DNA from: Vicinamibacteria bacterium
GTDB lineage: Bacteria > Acidobacteriota > Vicinamibacteria > Marinacidobacterales > Marinacidobacteraceae
Direction of reading: 5' to 3'
Length of the DNA: 64,000 bases
Assembly: GCA_963422395.1 (NCBI GenBank)
Contig: OY729431.1
Location: 512,001-576,000, forward strand
Shown here piece by piece: positions 10,001 to 19,372 of the stretch (position 1 is the stretch's first letter; every line of letters starts with the position of its first letter). The notes below the pieces were generated by a model. It saw only the letters and a list, made by a program, of their open reading frames with translations. It was not told the origin of the DNA and searched no databases. Both the position numbers and the translations under genes were made by a program.

Positions 10001-11470
10001 AGGCGGTCTGGTGGAGCAGCGTGCTGCCGTTCGCGTCGCGTGCCTCGGGGTCGGCGCCGGCGGCGACGAGCGCCGCGAGCACGGCGGGGTTCGGGTTGTT
10101 CCAGGCGGCTCGCTGCAGCGGGGTGCTGCCGTTCGCGTCGCGGCTGTCGGGATCGGCGCCGGCGGCGGCGAGCGCTGCGATCACAGCGGGGTCCGGGTTG
10201 TTCGAGGCGGCCTGATGGAGGGGGGTGTTGCCGTTCGCGTCGCGGCTGTCGGGGTCGGCGCCGGCGGCGGCGAGCGCTGTGATCACAGCGGGGTCCGGGT
10301 TGTTCGAGGCGGCCTGATGGAGGGGGGTGTTGCCGTTCGCGTCGCGGCTGTCGGGGTCGGCGCCGGCGGCGGCGAGCGCTGCGATCACGGCGGGGTCCGG
10401 GTTGCTCCAGGCGGCCTGATGGAGGGGGGTGTCGCCGTTCGCGTCGCGGCTGTCGGGATCGGCGCCGGCGGCGGCGAGCGCTGCGATCACGGCGGGGTTC
10501 GGGTTGTTCGAGGCGGCCTGATAGAGCGGGGTGCTGCCGGCTCTGTCGCGTGCCTCGGGGTCGGCGCCGGCGGCGGCGAGCGCTGCGATCACGGCGGGTT
10601 CCGGGTTGTTCTTGACGGCCTCGTGGAGGGGGGTGTTGCCGGCTTCGTCGCGGCTGTCGGGGTCGGCGCCGGCGGCGGCGAGCGCTGCGATCACGGCGGG
10701 GTTCGGGTTGTTCGAGGCGGCCTGATGGAGGGGGGTGTTGCCGTCCGCGTCGCGGCTGTCGGGGTCGGCGCCGGCGGCGGCGAGCGCTGCGATCACGGCG
10801 GGGTCCGGGTTGCTCCAGGCGGTCTGGTGGAGCAGCGTGCTGCCGTTCGCGTCGCGTGCCTCGGGGTCGGCGCCGGCGGCGGCGAGCGCCGCGAGCACGG
10901 CGGGGTTCGGGTTGTTCTTGACGGCCTCGTGGAGGGGGGTGTTGCCGGCTTCGTCGCGGCTGTCGGGGTCGGCGCCGGCGGCGGCGAGCGCTGCGATCAC
11001 GGCGGGGTTCGGGTTGTTCGAGGCGGCCTGATGGAGGGGGGTGTTGCCGTCCGCGTCGCGGCTGTCGGGGTCGGCGCCGGCGGCGGCGAGCGCTGCGATC
11101 ACGGCGGGGTCCGGGTTGCTCCAGGCGGTCTGGTGGAGCAGCGTGCTGCCGTTCGCGTCGCGTGCCTCGGGGTCGGCGCCGGCGGCGACGAGCGCCGCGA
11201 GCACGGCGGGGTTCGGGTGGAGCAGCGTGCTGCCGTGTTCCAGGCGGCTCGCTGCAGGGGGGTGCTGCCGTTCGCGTCGCGTGCCTCGGGGTCGGCGCCG
11301 GCGGCGAGACAGGCGGCCACTTCGTCCGGGGTGGCCCTCTCGAAGAAAGCCCAGGTGTTCCACGTGCTGCAGTCCAAAGTCTGCCTCTCGGCCGCTGCCG
11401 AACAGACTGTCACCATGAGGAACGAGGCCGCCGCAGCCAGAAAGCTCGTAGGAACCCGGATCATCACCAC
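4011..11470 (-). CDS. Giant ankyrin-repeat surface protein (signal peptide, 70 repeats, C-terminal TM anchor); frameshifted by a 17-nt insertion at 11219-11235, ~2480 aa when restored
   Basis: DxxGxTPLHxAxxNNPxPAVIAALAAAGADP repeats; signal peptide and cap lie in ORF 11099-11470, repeat body in ORF 4011-11363; hydrophobic C-terminus WPVLLIAAVLTVGIGGSAAAW followed by Arg-containing tail. Confidence 0.93.
4140..11310 (-). repeat. Coding tandem array, 102-bp unit (two 99-bp units), ~70 copies; terminal 405-bp four-repeat block duplicated (~4140-4950)
   Basis: Directly visible periodicity; a count of 70 repeats is consistent with the 2450-aa ORF length. Confidence 0.97.
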
Positions 11471-11617
11471 ACCATTATCGGTGCACTTGGGGAAGCCCCG
11501 CTTTCACGGATTCGTCGAGACGCGCCGAATACCGGGGATGTTGCGATGTGAGACGCCTTTTCTGCGGGCTGCGCCCCGAGAAGACTTCCGACCCTTCGTC
11601 GCTTGCCGTGCGGGCCG

Positions 11618-12658
11618 TCAGGGCTCGCCGCCGGCGAGTTGGCGGAAGGCCGCGGCGATCTCTTCCGGGCTGCTGCCGGCGCCGAGGGCGGCGGTGAGGA
11701 GCATCCGCGCTTTCAGGCCGTCGAGGTCTTCTCCGGAGACCACGCCGAGCTCCTGCTGGGATCCGGAGAGGACGACTCGCCCGCTTCCGGTGCGAGTCGT
11801 GAAGACCACTGCGGCCCCTGCTTCGCGCACCGCACCCACCGCCTCCATCACCGGCGGCGGAGCGTTGCCCCGTCCAAAGACTTCGACCACGACCCCGCGC
11901 ATTCCTCTCTCGGCAGCGGCGCGGATGGCTGCTGCGCCGCCGCCGGCAGTGAGACGGACGAGTTCCACGCGAGGCTCGATCTCCTCGGCCGGAAGATGGA
12001 TCCGGCGGCGCGGAGTGTGGAAGAGCAGGATTTCGCCCGCGTCCACCGCGCCCACCGGCCCGGTGTCCGGGGAGGCGAAGGCGTGGAGGGCGACAGAGTG
12101 GGTCTTTTCGACCTCCCGGGCGGCGTGGATCTGCCCGTTCAGCACCACCAGCACTCCGAGGTTCCGCGTCCGGGACGAGCCCGCTACCCGGATCGCGTCC
12201 AGCAGGTTGCGGGGGCCGTCGGTGTCCGGGGAGCGGGGCGCCCGCTGCGCGGCGGCGAAGACCACCGGGCGGCCGGCGGGAAGGAGCAGATCGAGCAGAA
12301 ACGCGGTCTCCTCCAGCGAGTCGGTGCCGTGGCTCACCACGATTCCCGCGAGCTCGGGGCGGCCCCCGAAGACCTCTGCGATCCGGTTGGCGAGGCGGAA
12401 CTGCAGCTCGGGATGCATGCGGGAGCTCCCGATCCGAGAGAAGTCTTCGGTGGTGAGCTGTGCCATCCTGCCGAGGTCTGGCAGCCGGGCGCGGAGATCG
12501 GCGGCTTCGAGCGGTCCGCTGGCTCCGCCGGAGATCGTGCCGCCGGTGCCGATCAGGTGGACCTCCGGCAGGGGCTGGGGTCGAGCGGCGGGCAGAGTCG
12601 GGAGCAAGAGTGTCAGGAGGGCCGCGACGGGGGCGGGCCCGAGAGATAGGAACTGCAT
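11618..12658 (-). CDS. L-asparaginase (type II-like, probable signal peptide)
   Basis: IGTGGTIS and HGTDSLEETA motifs, KTHS. Confidence 0.93.
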   Translation of the reverse strand: MQFLSLGPAPVAALLTLLLPTLPAARPQPLPEVHLIGTGGTISGGASGPLEAADLRARLPDLGRMAQLTTEDFSRIGSSRMHPELQFRLANRIAEVFGGRPELAGIVVSHGTDSLEETAFLLDLLLPAGRPVVFAAAQRAPRSPDTDGPRNLLDAIRVAGSSRTRNLGVLVVLNGQIHAAREVEKTHSVALHAFASPDTGPVGAVDAGEILLFHTPRRRIHLPAEEIEPRVELVRLTAGGGAAAIRAAAERGMRGVVVEVFGRGNAPPPVMEAVGAVREAGAAVVFTTRTGSGRVVLSGSQQELGVVSGEDLDGLKARMLLTAALGAGSSPEEIAAAFRQLAGGEP

Positions 12659-12762
12659 GAGGCGCTCTTTATACCGGGCCTTTCCTGCTCGGAGCTCCGA
12701 TGCTTCGGGCTACCGCAGTTTGCCGCGGAGCGGCCCCCGGAGCAGCCCGCCCGATTCCGCCG

Positions 12763-13584
12763 TCAGGAACCTCCGGTCCCGATGTGGATGGCGCCGTTCA
12801 CGGTGCGTACCCGGCACTCGCCTCCCCCCTCGTCCAACTGGACGGTTTTTCGGCGCCGGGTCGGGATATCCAGCTCCTCGGCGCCCGCGAGCTCCATGAC
12901 CACCCGCCCATTCACTGCCTGCGCGTCCACGCGTCCGTTCGCTTCGGAATCGAGGGTCAGCAGTACCTTTCCGTTCACGGTGCGGAAGGAGTGCTCGTCA
13001 CCCGGGCCGAAGCGGTCGAACGCGCACTCGATCCGCCCGTTCACGGTCTGGGCGTTCACGCTGCCGCGCTGCCCGGTGAGCAGGAGCGAGCCGTTCACCG
13101 TCTGGATGGCGACTTCGCCCGAAATGCCGGAGACCTCCACCGAGCCATTCACCGTTTCGATTCTCAGGTCGGCGCGCTCTGGCAGACGGATCGCGTAGTG
13201 GACGGCGCCGTGTTTCCCTCCCCACATCCCGCGCCGTTTCGGCCGCCGGGTGCGGACTTGAAGGCCCATGGAGGTCTGCTGGATCTCAACGGAGACCTCG
13301 TCGAGAGCGGAGTCGTCGGCTCCGACCTTTCGGGCGGTGATCTCCGCTTGGGAGCGGTCCCAAGCGGCGATCGAGACTCGTCCGTTCACATTCCTGAGAT
13401 CGAGCAGATCGCCGGAGTGGAACTCTTCCGTGAAGATCTCGGTTGCCTCGGCGTTCGGCTCCCAGGGGAGGGCGGTCGCGCACCCGGACGCCCCGGCGAG
13501 ACCGGGGACGAGAAGCAGGGCAGGCAGGCGATGGGGCAGCCCGGAACCGCGGGCTGCATTTCGAATTGCCGTCAGGCCGACCAT
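12763..13584 (-). CDS. DUF4097-like beta-strand-repeat protein, possible lipoprotein
   Basis: Recurring TVNGxV/I units; hydrophobic N-terminal stretch ending ASGC. Confidence 0.8.
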   Translation of the reverse strand: MVGLTAIRNAARGSGLPHRLPALLLVPGLAGASGCATALPWEPNAEATEIFTEEFHSGDLLDLRNVNGRVSIAAWDRSQAEITARKVGADDSALDEVSVEIQQTSMGLQVRTRRPKRRGMWGGKHGAVHYAIRLPERADLRIETVNGSVEVSGISGEVAIQTVNGSLLLTGQRGSVNAQTVNGRIECAFDRFGPGDEHSFRTVNGKVLLTLDSEANGRVDAQAVNGRVVMELAGAEELDIPTRRRKTVQLDEGGGECRVRTVNGAIHIGTGGS

Positions 13585-13733
13585 GACAGATCTTCGATAC
13601 GCACCCGGACTCCAAAGGGTTCCCTCGGCGGCCGATGCAGGGGGCTGCCCCCTCGTCGAGGACTCCGGTACCGCGGGTTCCCGTATTCTCCGGCATCCAC
13701 GCTCCGGCGTTTCCAGTATCCGGGAGGGTCCCC

Positions 13734-14960
13734 ATGCTTCGTACTCTCGGAGAGGCTGCGCGGCCCGTCAGCCTGTTCCTGTTTCTCGTCCTTCTCCTCG
13801 CTTCGTTCGCTTCCGCACAACGAGACGAGCGGCCCCGTGCCCGGGACATCGGCCTCTCGCCCGGCATCCTCCCCCCCGGTCCCGAAAATGCGATCACCGA
13901 TGTTCCGGGCGTGCTCGTCGGGCAGGTGACGCTCGTCGAGGGCGAGGCGATCCGCACCGGGGTCACTGCGATCCTGCCTCATGACGGCAACATCTTCCAG
14001 GAGAAGGTTCCCGGTGCGGTCCATGTGGGAAACGCCTTCGGCAAACTGGTCGGGTCTCCCCAGGTGGTCGAGCTCGGAACGATCGAGACCCCCATCGTGC
14101 TGACGAACACGCTCTCGGTATGGGATGCCGCGCGCGCGGTCGTGATCCATGCGTTGTCCCTCCCGGGCAACGAGGAAGTGCGTTCGGTGAACCCGCTCGT
14201 CGGGGAGACGAACGACGGTTATCTGAACGACATCCGGAGCCTCCGGGTGCAGGAGAGTCATGTGCTGGAGGCGATCCGGACCGCGGCCTCCGGCCCGGTC
14301 GCCGAAGGCGCGGTAGGAGCCGGGACCGGCACCTCGGCGTTCGGCTGGAAAGGCGGAATCGGTACCTCTTCCCGCCGGCTTCCCGAGGAACTCGGCGGCT
14401 TCACCGTCGGGGCGCTCGTCCAGAGCAACTACGGTGGGGTGCTGATGATGGACGGGCTTCCGGTGGGCGAGGAGCTCGACCGCTTCTACCTGCGCGACCA
14501 GCTGCGCGGCAATGCGGGAGGCGGCTCCAGCCGGGATGGGGCCGCCGCCGAGGACCCGGACGGATCGATCATGATGGTGCTGGCTACCGACGCTCCGGTC
14601 CGGTCGCCCGGACTGACCCGGCTGGCGCGGCGGGCCATGCTCGGTCTCGCCCGGACCGGCGCCACTTCTTCGCACGGGAGCGGAGACTTCGTGATCGCCT
14701 TCTCGAATGCCGCATCGCTTCGCAGTCCGTTCCGGAGTGTCTCGACGATGGAGTCCGGCAGCGTCCTGCGCGGCGACCGCCTCTCTCCGCTCTTCCAGGC
14801 GGCCATCGAAGCCACGGAAGAGGCGGTGTACAACTCGATGCTGCAGGCGATCACGGTCACGGGCCGAAACGGCCACCGCCGCGAGGCCCTGCCCCTCGAA
14901 GACCTGCTCGCGGTGGGCCGCAAGTACAACCGACTGCATCCGCCCGGCGAACCCCCATGA
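13734..14960 (+). CDS. DmpA-like aminopeptidase (peptidase S58/P1 family), signal peptide
   Basis: NAITDVPGVLVG, TGVTAILPH, NAFGKLVG, ETNDGYLNDI, EGAVGAGTG, DGSI autocleavage-type motif. Confidence 0.92.
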   Translation: MLRTLGEAARPVSLFLFLVLLLASFASAQRDERPRARDIGLSPGILPPGPENAITDVPGVLVGQVTLVEGEAIRTGVTAILPHDGNIFQEKVPGAVHVGNAFGKLVGSPQVVELGTIETPIVLTNTLSVWDAARAVVIHALSLPGNEEVRSVNPLVGETNDGYLNDIRSLRVQESHVLEAIRTAASGPVAEGAVGAGTGTSAFGWKGGIGTSSRRLPEELGGFTVGALVQSNYGGVLMMDGLPVGEELDRFYLRDQLRGNAGGGSSRDGAAAEDPDGSIMMVLATDAPVRSPGLTRLARRAMLGLARTGATSSHGSGDFVIAFSNAASLRSPFRSVSTMESGSVLRGDRLSPLFQAAIEATEEAVYNSMLQAITVTGRNGHRREALPLEDLLAVGRKYNRLHPPGEPP

Positions 14961-16111
14961 AGTCGGTTCGGCCCGGGGAACCGATTCAGATCGCCGGGGC
15001 CGGGCTTTCTGGGCTCTCCGCGGCGATCTCCCTCCGGGACCGGGGCTTCGAGGTCGAGGTCTTCGAGAAGCATCAGAGCCTCGGGAGCCGGTTTCCCGGA
15101 TCGCTTCAGATTCTCGACAACTTCACCTATCCCGGCGACTCTCTCGACGAGCTGCGCCGTCTGGGCGTTCTACCGTCGTTCGTGCGGCACCCTTTCTTCG
15201 GCTCGCGTTTCTTCACCCGCACCCGTTCCGGAGACGATCCCGGTGCCCATCGATATTGCGACCTAACGGGTGACCGCCCCTACGGCTACTGCGTGCGTCG
15301 GGGTGCGGAGCCCGGATGCCTCGATTTCGAACTGGCTCGGCAGGCGGAGGGCCGCGGTGCGCGGATCCGTTTCGGGACCTTTCTGGATCCCGAGAGCGCC
15401 GATATAGTCGCCACCGGACCGCGCGAAGCCGACGGCATCGCCGCCGAGCTCCATTTCTCGACGGGTGGCTCCGATCGGCTGGAAACCCTCTGGGATGAGG
15501 AGATCTTTCCGGGCGGCGGGTATTCCTATCGGATCGTGAGCCAAGGCCGCGGGATCCTCGCCATCGCTCTCATCGGCGCTGCCGACCGCCCGCGCGGGCG
15601 TTATGACGACCGCCTAGAGCGCAGTTGGGACTTCTTCCAGCGGCGCGACCCGATTCCCATGGTGCGCGGCCGGGTGCAGTGGTCACGGGTGAATTTCTAC
15701 CTTTGCGATTTCGCCCGTGCCGCGAAACCACTCCCGGGAGAAGCCGGCGGACTCATCGATTACACCGCCGGATTCGGCATTCGCGCAGCGATCGTTTCGG
15801 GATACCTCGCGGGGGTCAGTCTCGCCGAGGGGCTTCCCTTCGAGCGCCTGATCCGCCGGCGGTTCGGGCGCAGCCTGCGAGGGGCGATCGTGACCCGTGC
15901 ACTCATCGAGCGATTCGGCTTCGGCCCCTTCCTCCGCATCGCCGCGCACTCCGATTTTCGCCGTTTCATCGCCCGATTCGCTGGTCCCGGTCGATTCCGG
16001 GCGTTCCTGGCGCCGCTCGCCCAGCGCGCGCTCGGGCGAGCTGACCGCTGCCATCACACCGGTCCCTGCACCTGGTGCCGCCCCCGTTCGGTCTCGAGTG
16101 GTGCTGACTGA
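14957..16111 (+). CDS. FAD-dependent oxidoreductase (geranylgeranyl-reductase-like)
   Basis: GAGLSGLSAA Rossmann motif, GEAGGLIDYTAGFGIRAAIVSG, C-terminal CHHTGPCTWC; ATGA overlap with upstream gene. Confidence 0.75.
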   Translation: MKSVRPGEPIQIAGAGLSGLSAAISLRDRGFEVEVFEKHQSLGSRFPGSLQILDNFTYPGDSLDELRRLGVLPSFVRHPFFGSRFFTRTRSGDDPGAHRYCDLTGDRPYGYCVRRGAEPGCLDFELARQAEGRGARIRFGTFLDPESADIVATGPREADGIAAELHFSTGGSDRLETLWDEEIFPGGGYSYRIVSQGRGILAIALIGAADRPRGRYDDRLERSWDFFQRRDPIPMVRGRVQWSRVNFYLCDFARAAKPLPGEAGGLIDYTAGFGIRAAIVSGYLAGVSLAEGLPFERLIRRRFGRSLRGAIVTRALIERFGFGPFLRIAAHSDFRRFIARFAGPGRFRAFLAPLAQRALGRADRCHHTGPCTWCRPRSVSSGAD

Positions 16112-16973
16112 CCGGCAGAGGGACGCGGCGGCAGACCGGCTCTGCCGGCGGGTCGCACATCGGGCCGGCCCGAACTTCTCGGTGGGTTTCCGGCTGCTCC
16201 CGCGCCCGAAGCGCCGGGCGGTCTATGCCGCGTACGCATTCTGCCGCTTCGTGGATGACGAGGTGGACGAGGCGGCCGCCGCGGGCGGCATCGAGAACGC
16301 CCTCGACGCGTGGGAGGCGGAGCTGATGCGGGTGTACGAGGGGCGGCCGGAGCTCACCGTCGGGCTCGCGCTCGCGCGCAGCCTCGAACGGTTTCCGATC
16401 CCCCGGACGGCCTTCGAAGGTCTGATCGCCGGTTGCCGGCTCGACCTCTCGAAGACGCGGTATGCCGACTTCGACGAGCTGCTGGAGTACTGCCGGCTGG
16501 TGGCGGGGACGATCTCGACGATCTCCCTGGCGATCTTCGGCTTCGAAGACGAAGAGGCAGTTCGGCGCGGCGACCAGCTCGCCACCGCCTTCCAGTTGAC
16601 GAATGTGCTCCGCGATGTGGGGGAGGACATCCGGGAAAGGAATCGGATCTATGTCCCCGCTGACGAGATGGAGCGCTTCGGCGTCACCGAGGAAGATCTC
16701 CTCGCCGGCCGCCGTACCGAGCCGTTCCGCGAATTCATGATGTTCCAGCTGCAGCGGGCCCGGACCTGCTACCTCCGCGCCGAGCCCCTGCTTCGTCTGG
16801 TCCGGGAGGATGCGCGCCGCTGCATCTGGCTCATGGGGCGCGTGTATCTCGACATCCTCGATCGCATCGAAGCGAGCGGCTTCGCCGTCTTCGGCCCGCG
16901 TATCGGGATCCCGGCCGTCGGGAAAGCCGCCCTCGTTCTCAGGAGCCTCCGCGCCGACCTCAGCGGCTGGTGA
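16098..16973 (+). CDS. Phytoene/squalene synthase family protein (HpnD/CrtB-like)
   Basis: YAFCRFVDDEVDE, YCRLVAG, FQLTNVLRDVGED. Confidence 0.92.
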   Translation: MVLTDRQRDAAADRLCRRVAHRAGPNFSVGFRLLPRPKRRAVYAAYAFCRFVDDEVDEAAAAGGIENALDAWEAELMRVYEGRPELTVGLALARSLERFPIPRTAFEGLIAGCRLDLSKTRYADFDELLEYCRLVAGTISTISLAIFGFEDEEAVRRGDQLATAFQLTNVLRDVGEDIRERNRIYVPADEMERFGVTEEDLLAGRRTEPFREFMMFQLQRARTCYLRAEPLLRLVREDARRCIWLMGRVYLDILDRIEASGFAVFGPRIGIPAVGKAALVLRSLRADLSGW

Positions 16974-16983
16974 AGCGGCCCGG

Positions 16984-17667
16984 TCAGAGGGGCCATGCTT
17001 CCTGGCGCCAGGCCATGTCCCAGAACATCCACTCGTAGCGGGCGCTCATGGCGAAGTGCCGCGCCATGGCCCGCCGGGCGGGAACAGCGAGCGGGGCTGC
17101 GATCTGGTCGGTGAGATCCACCACCCGCTGCACCACGGCGTCGTATTCGGTGCTGCCGTAACTCTCGATCCAGCGCCGGTAGAGAGGATCGGGCGAAGGG
17201 GGCCGCCCGAGCAGCTCCTTGCCGACCTCCGCGTAGATCCAGTAGCACGGAAGGATGGCGGCGAGGCCTTCGTGGAAAGGGCGCGAATGCACCTGGGAGA
17301 GAAAGTAGCTGGTGTAGGCGAGGTTCGTCGGAGCCGGCTGGCGGGCGAAAAGATCGGCCCGTGCCCCGCCGAGTTCCGCAAGGAAACCTCCGAGCTGCTC
17401 GCGCTCTGCCTGCACCGTGGCTACTGCATCGCCGCAGAGCGCCGCGGTGATGTCCGGGTGGGGCGCCTTGCCGCCGAGAATCGCTACCGCCCGGGCGAAT
17501 TGGTGGAGGTAGAGCGCGTCCTCGATCACATAGAAGCGGAACACCTGGCGGTCCAGGCTGCCGTCGGCGAGCCTGCTGAGGAAGGGGTGGCGGAGGATCT
17601 CCGCGAAGGTAGGTTCGATGCCGGCCCAGAGGCGGCGGGTGAAACGGTCACTTCGGTTTTCCTTCAT
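16984..17667 (-). CDS. tenA: Thiaminase II / aminopyrimidine aminohydrolase
   Basis: HPFL, DALYL, AILPCYWIY, YRRWIESY, EWMFWDMA. Confidence 0.92.
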   Translation of the reverse strand: MKENRSDRFTRRLWAGIEPTFAEILRHPFLSRLADGSLDRQVFRFYVIEDALYLHQFARAVAILGGKAPHPDITAALCGDAVATVQAEREQLGGFLAELGGARADLFARQPAPTNLAYTSYFLSQVHSRPFHEGLAAILPCYWIYAEVGKELLGRPPSPDPLYRRWIESYGSTEYDAVVQRVVDLTDQIAAPLAVPARRAMARHFAMSARYEWMFWDMAWRQEAWPL

Positions 17668-17697
17668 GCGCCCGAATGCTAATGGGTCGAACGCCGC

Positions 17698-19149
17698 CTA
17701 ACCGAATACCACCGGCACCCAGAACACCGCGAACAGGCTCGCGAGGACGGCGCCGATGATGTTCACCCCGATCCCGGCGCGCACCATCTGCGGGATCGTG
17801 AAGTGGCCGGTTCCGAACACGATGGCGTTCGGAGGAGTGGCCGCCGGCAGCATGAAGGCGCAGGAGGCGGCGACGGTCGCCGGGACGAGGAGTACGAGGG
17901 GAGGGATCCCGGCGCCCGCCGACACCGCGGCGAGGATCGGAACGATCATCGCCGTCGAGGCGAGGTTCGAGGCGAGTTCGGTGAGGAGGATCACGAACAA
18001 CACCACGAGCACACAGAACACCGGGGTCGGAAGCGCCGATGCTCCAGCGAGGCCGTCGCCGAGCACCCGCGAGAGCCCGCTCACCTCCAGCCCGTTCGCC
18101 AGGGAAAACCCGCCGCCGAACAGCAAGAGCACATCCCAGGGGATCTTCACCCCCCATCGCCAATCGAGGATGCGCGCGCCGGCGGCGCCCGATCCGGCGG
18201 GAACGAGAAAACAGAGAACGGTGGCCGCCATGGCGATGGTGGAATCGGTGATGAACGCTCCGTTCGGCACGACTGCCGTCCACACCGGGCGCAGCATCCA
18301 CAGGAGCGCAGTTGCGCCGAAGAGCGCCGCCACCCGTTTTTCGGGCGTTGAAATCGGACCGAGCTCACGGTAGGCGGCCTGGATCGGCGCAGCGCCTCCG
18401 GGAAGTTCTCGCAGGCGAATCGGGAACGCGAAACGGGTGAGCCAGAGCCAGGTGGCGGGGAGGAACAGCAGAGTCAGCGGCAGGGCGAAGGCCAGCCAGC
18501 GCAAGAAAGTGATCCGGAGGCCCAGCTCCGCCTCGAGGAATCCGGCGAGGAAGACATTCGGGGGGGTCCCGATCGGGGTGGCGAAACCTCCGATGGAAGC
18601 CGCGTAGGCGCAGCCGAGCATGAGACAGACCGCGAACGGGAACGCACCGGGGCCGGGCCGTCGGTCGGCCCCGTGCACTGCGGCGGAGACCTCCCGGATC
18701 ACGGCCATGCCGATCGGCATCATCATCGCGGTGGTCGCGGTGTTCGACATCCACATGGAAAGCAGCGCCGAAGCCGCCATGAACCCGAGCACGAGCCGGC
18801 GGGGCGAACTGCCGATGGCCAGCACGATGCGAAGGGCGATCCGCCGGTGCAGGTTCCAGCGCTCGATCGCCCGGGCGATCATGAAACCGCCCAGAAAGAG
18901 ATACACGAGGTGGTTCGCGTAGGGAGCCGCAGCTCCGGCGGCGTCGGCGATCCCGAGCACCGGGAAGAACACCAGGGGCAGCAGCGAAGTGACGGCGAGC
19001 GGCACCGCCTCGCTGACCCACCAGGTCGCCATGATCGCGGCGACCGCGAGCATCCGCCGCGCCTCGTCGGGCAATCCCGGAATCGGGATCGCGGCGATCG
19101 CGGCGAAGAGCCCCAGTCCGAGGACGAGCCCGATCCGCTCCCGCTGCAT
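17698..19149 (-). CDS. SLC13/DASS family sodium:dicarboxylate or sulfate symporter
   Basis: SMWMSNTATT, TPIGTPPN, TELASN, FMLPAATPPNAIV; many TM helices. Confidence 0.92.
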   Translation of the reverse strand: MQRERIGLVLGLGLFAAIAAIPIPGLPDEARRMLAVAAIMATWWVSEAVPLAVTSLLPLVFFPVLGIADAAGAAAPYANHLVYLFLGGFMIARAIERWNLHRRIALRIVLAIGSSPRRLVLGFMAASALLSMWMSNTATTAMMMPIGMAVIREVSAAVHGADRRPGPGAFPFAVCLMLGCAYAASIGGFATPIGTPPNVFLAGFLEAELGLRITFLRWLAFALPLTLLFLPATWLWLTRFAFPIRLRELPGGAAPIQAAYRELGPISTPEKRVAALFGATALLWMLRPVWTAVVPNGAFITDSTIAMAATVLCFLVPAGSGAAGARILDWRWGVKIPWDVLLLFGGGFSLANGLEVSGLSRVLGDGLAGASALPTPVFCVLVVLFVILLTELASNLASTAMIVPILAAVSAGAGIPPLVLLVPATVAASCAFMLPAATPPNAIVFGTGHFTIPQMVRAGIGVNIIGAVLASLFAVFWVPVVFG

Positions 19150-19178
19150 CAGTCCTGCTTCCGGCGAGACGAATCGCC

Positions 19179-19242
19179 GGGATGCGTTCCGGAAGTATGC
19201 CGACCGCATCGCAACGCCGGGCGGCTTCGTCCACAGGCTGCT
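19179..19242. mobile_element. Degenerate partial copy of the MITE at 3820-4013
   Basis: 19179-19223 matches 3889-3933 at 37/45 nt, followed by TIR-like CTTCGTCCACAGGCTGCT (19225-19242). Confidence 0.65.
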
Positions 19243-19372
19243 GGAGCCCGCGGAACCTCATCCGGGGGTCTCGGGTTCGTCATCGGATGGCGCTACCGGG
19301 TGCGGCCCGCGATGTCGCCATGGATTTCCACGGGATGCTCCCCTTCGCGGCTAGGGTACTTTCCGCCGTCCC

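Noticed and set aside
4140-11310. Possible CRISPR array or DGR variable region
   Set aside because: Units are contiguous in-frame coding repeats with no unique spacers; no cas gene or reverse transcriptase in the window
11219-11363. Listed N-terminus MEHLGFLREG... of the 2450-aa ORF
   Set aside because: Out-of-frame translation upstream of the 17-nt insertion; the real N-terminus is in the 11099-11470 frame
4050-12899. 2949-aa + strand ORF and many small + strand ORFs
   Set aside because: Antisense shadow of the GC-rich 102-bp ankyrin array and asparaginase; one stop-free unit propagates through all copies, and the product has no recognisable domain
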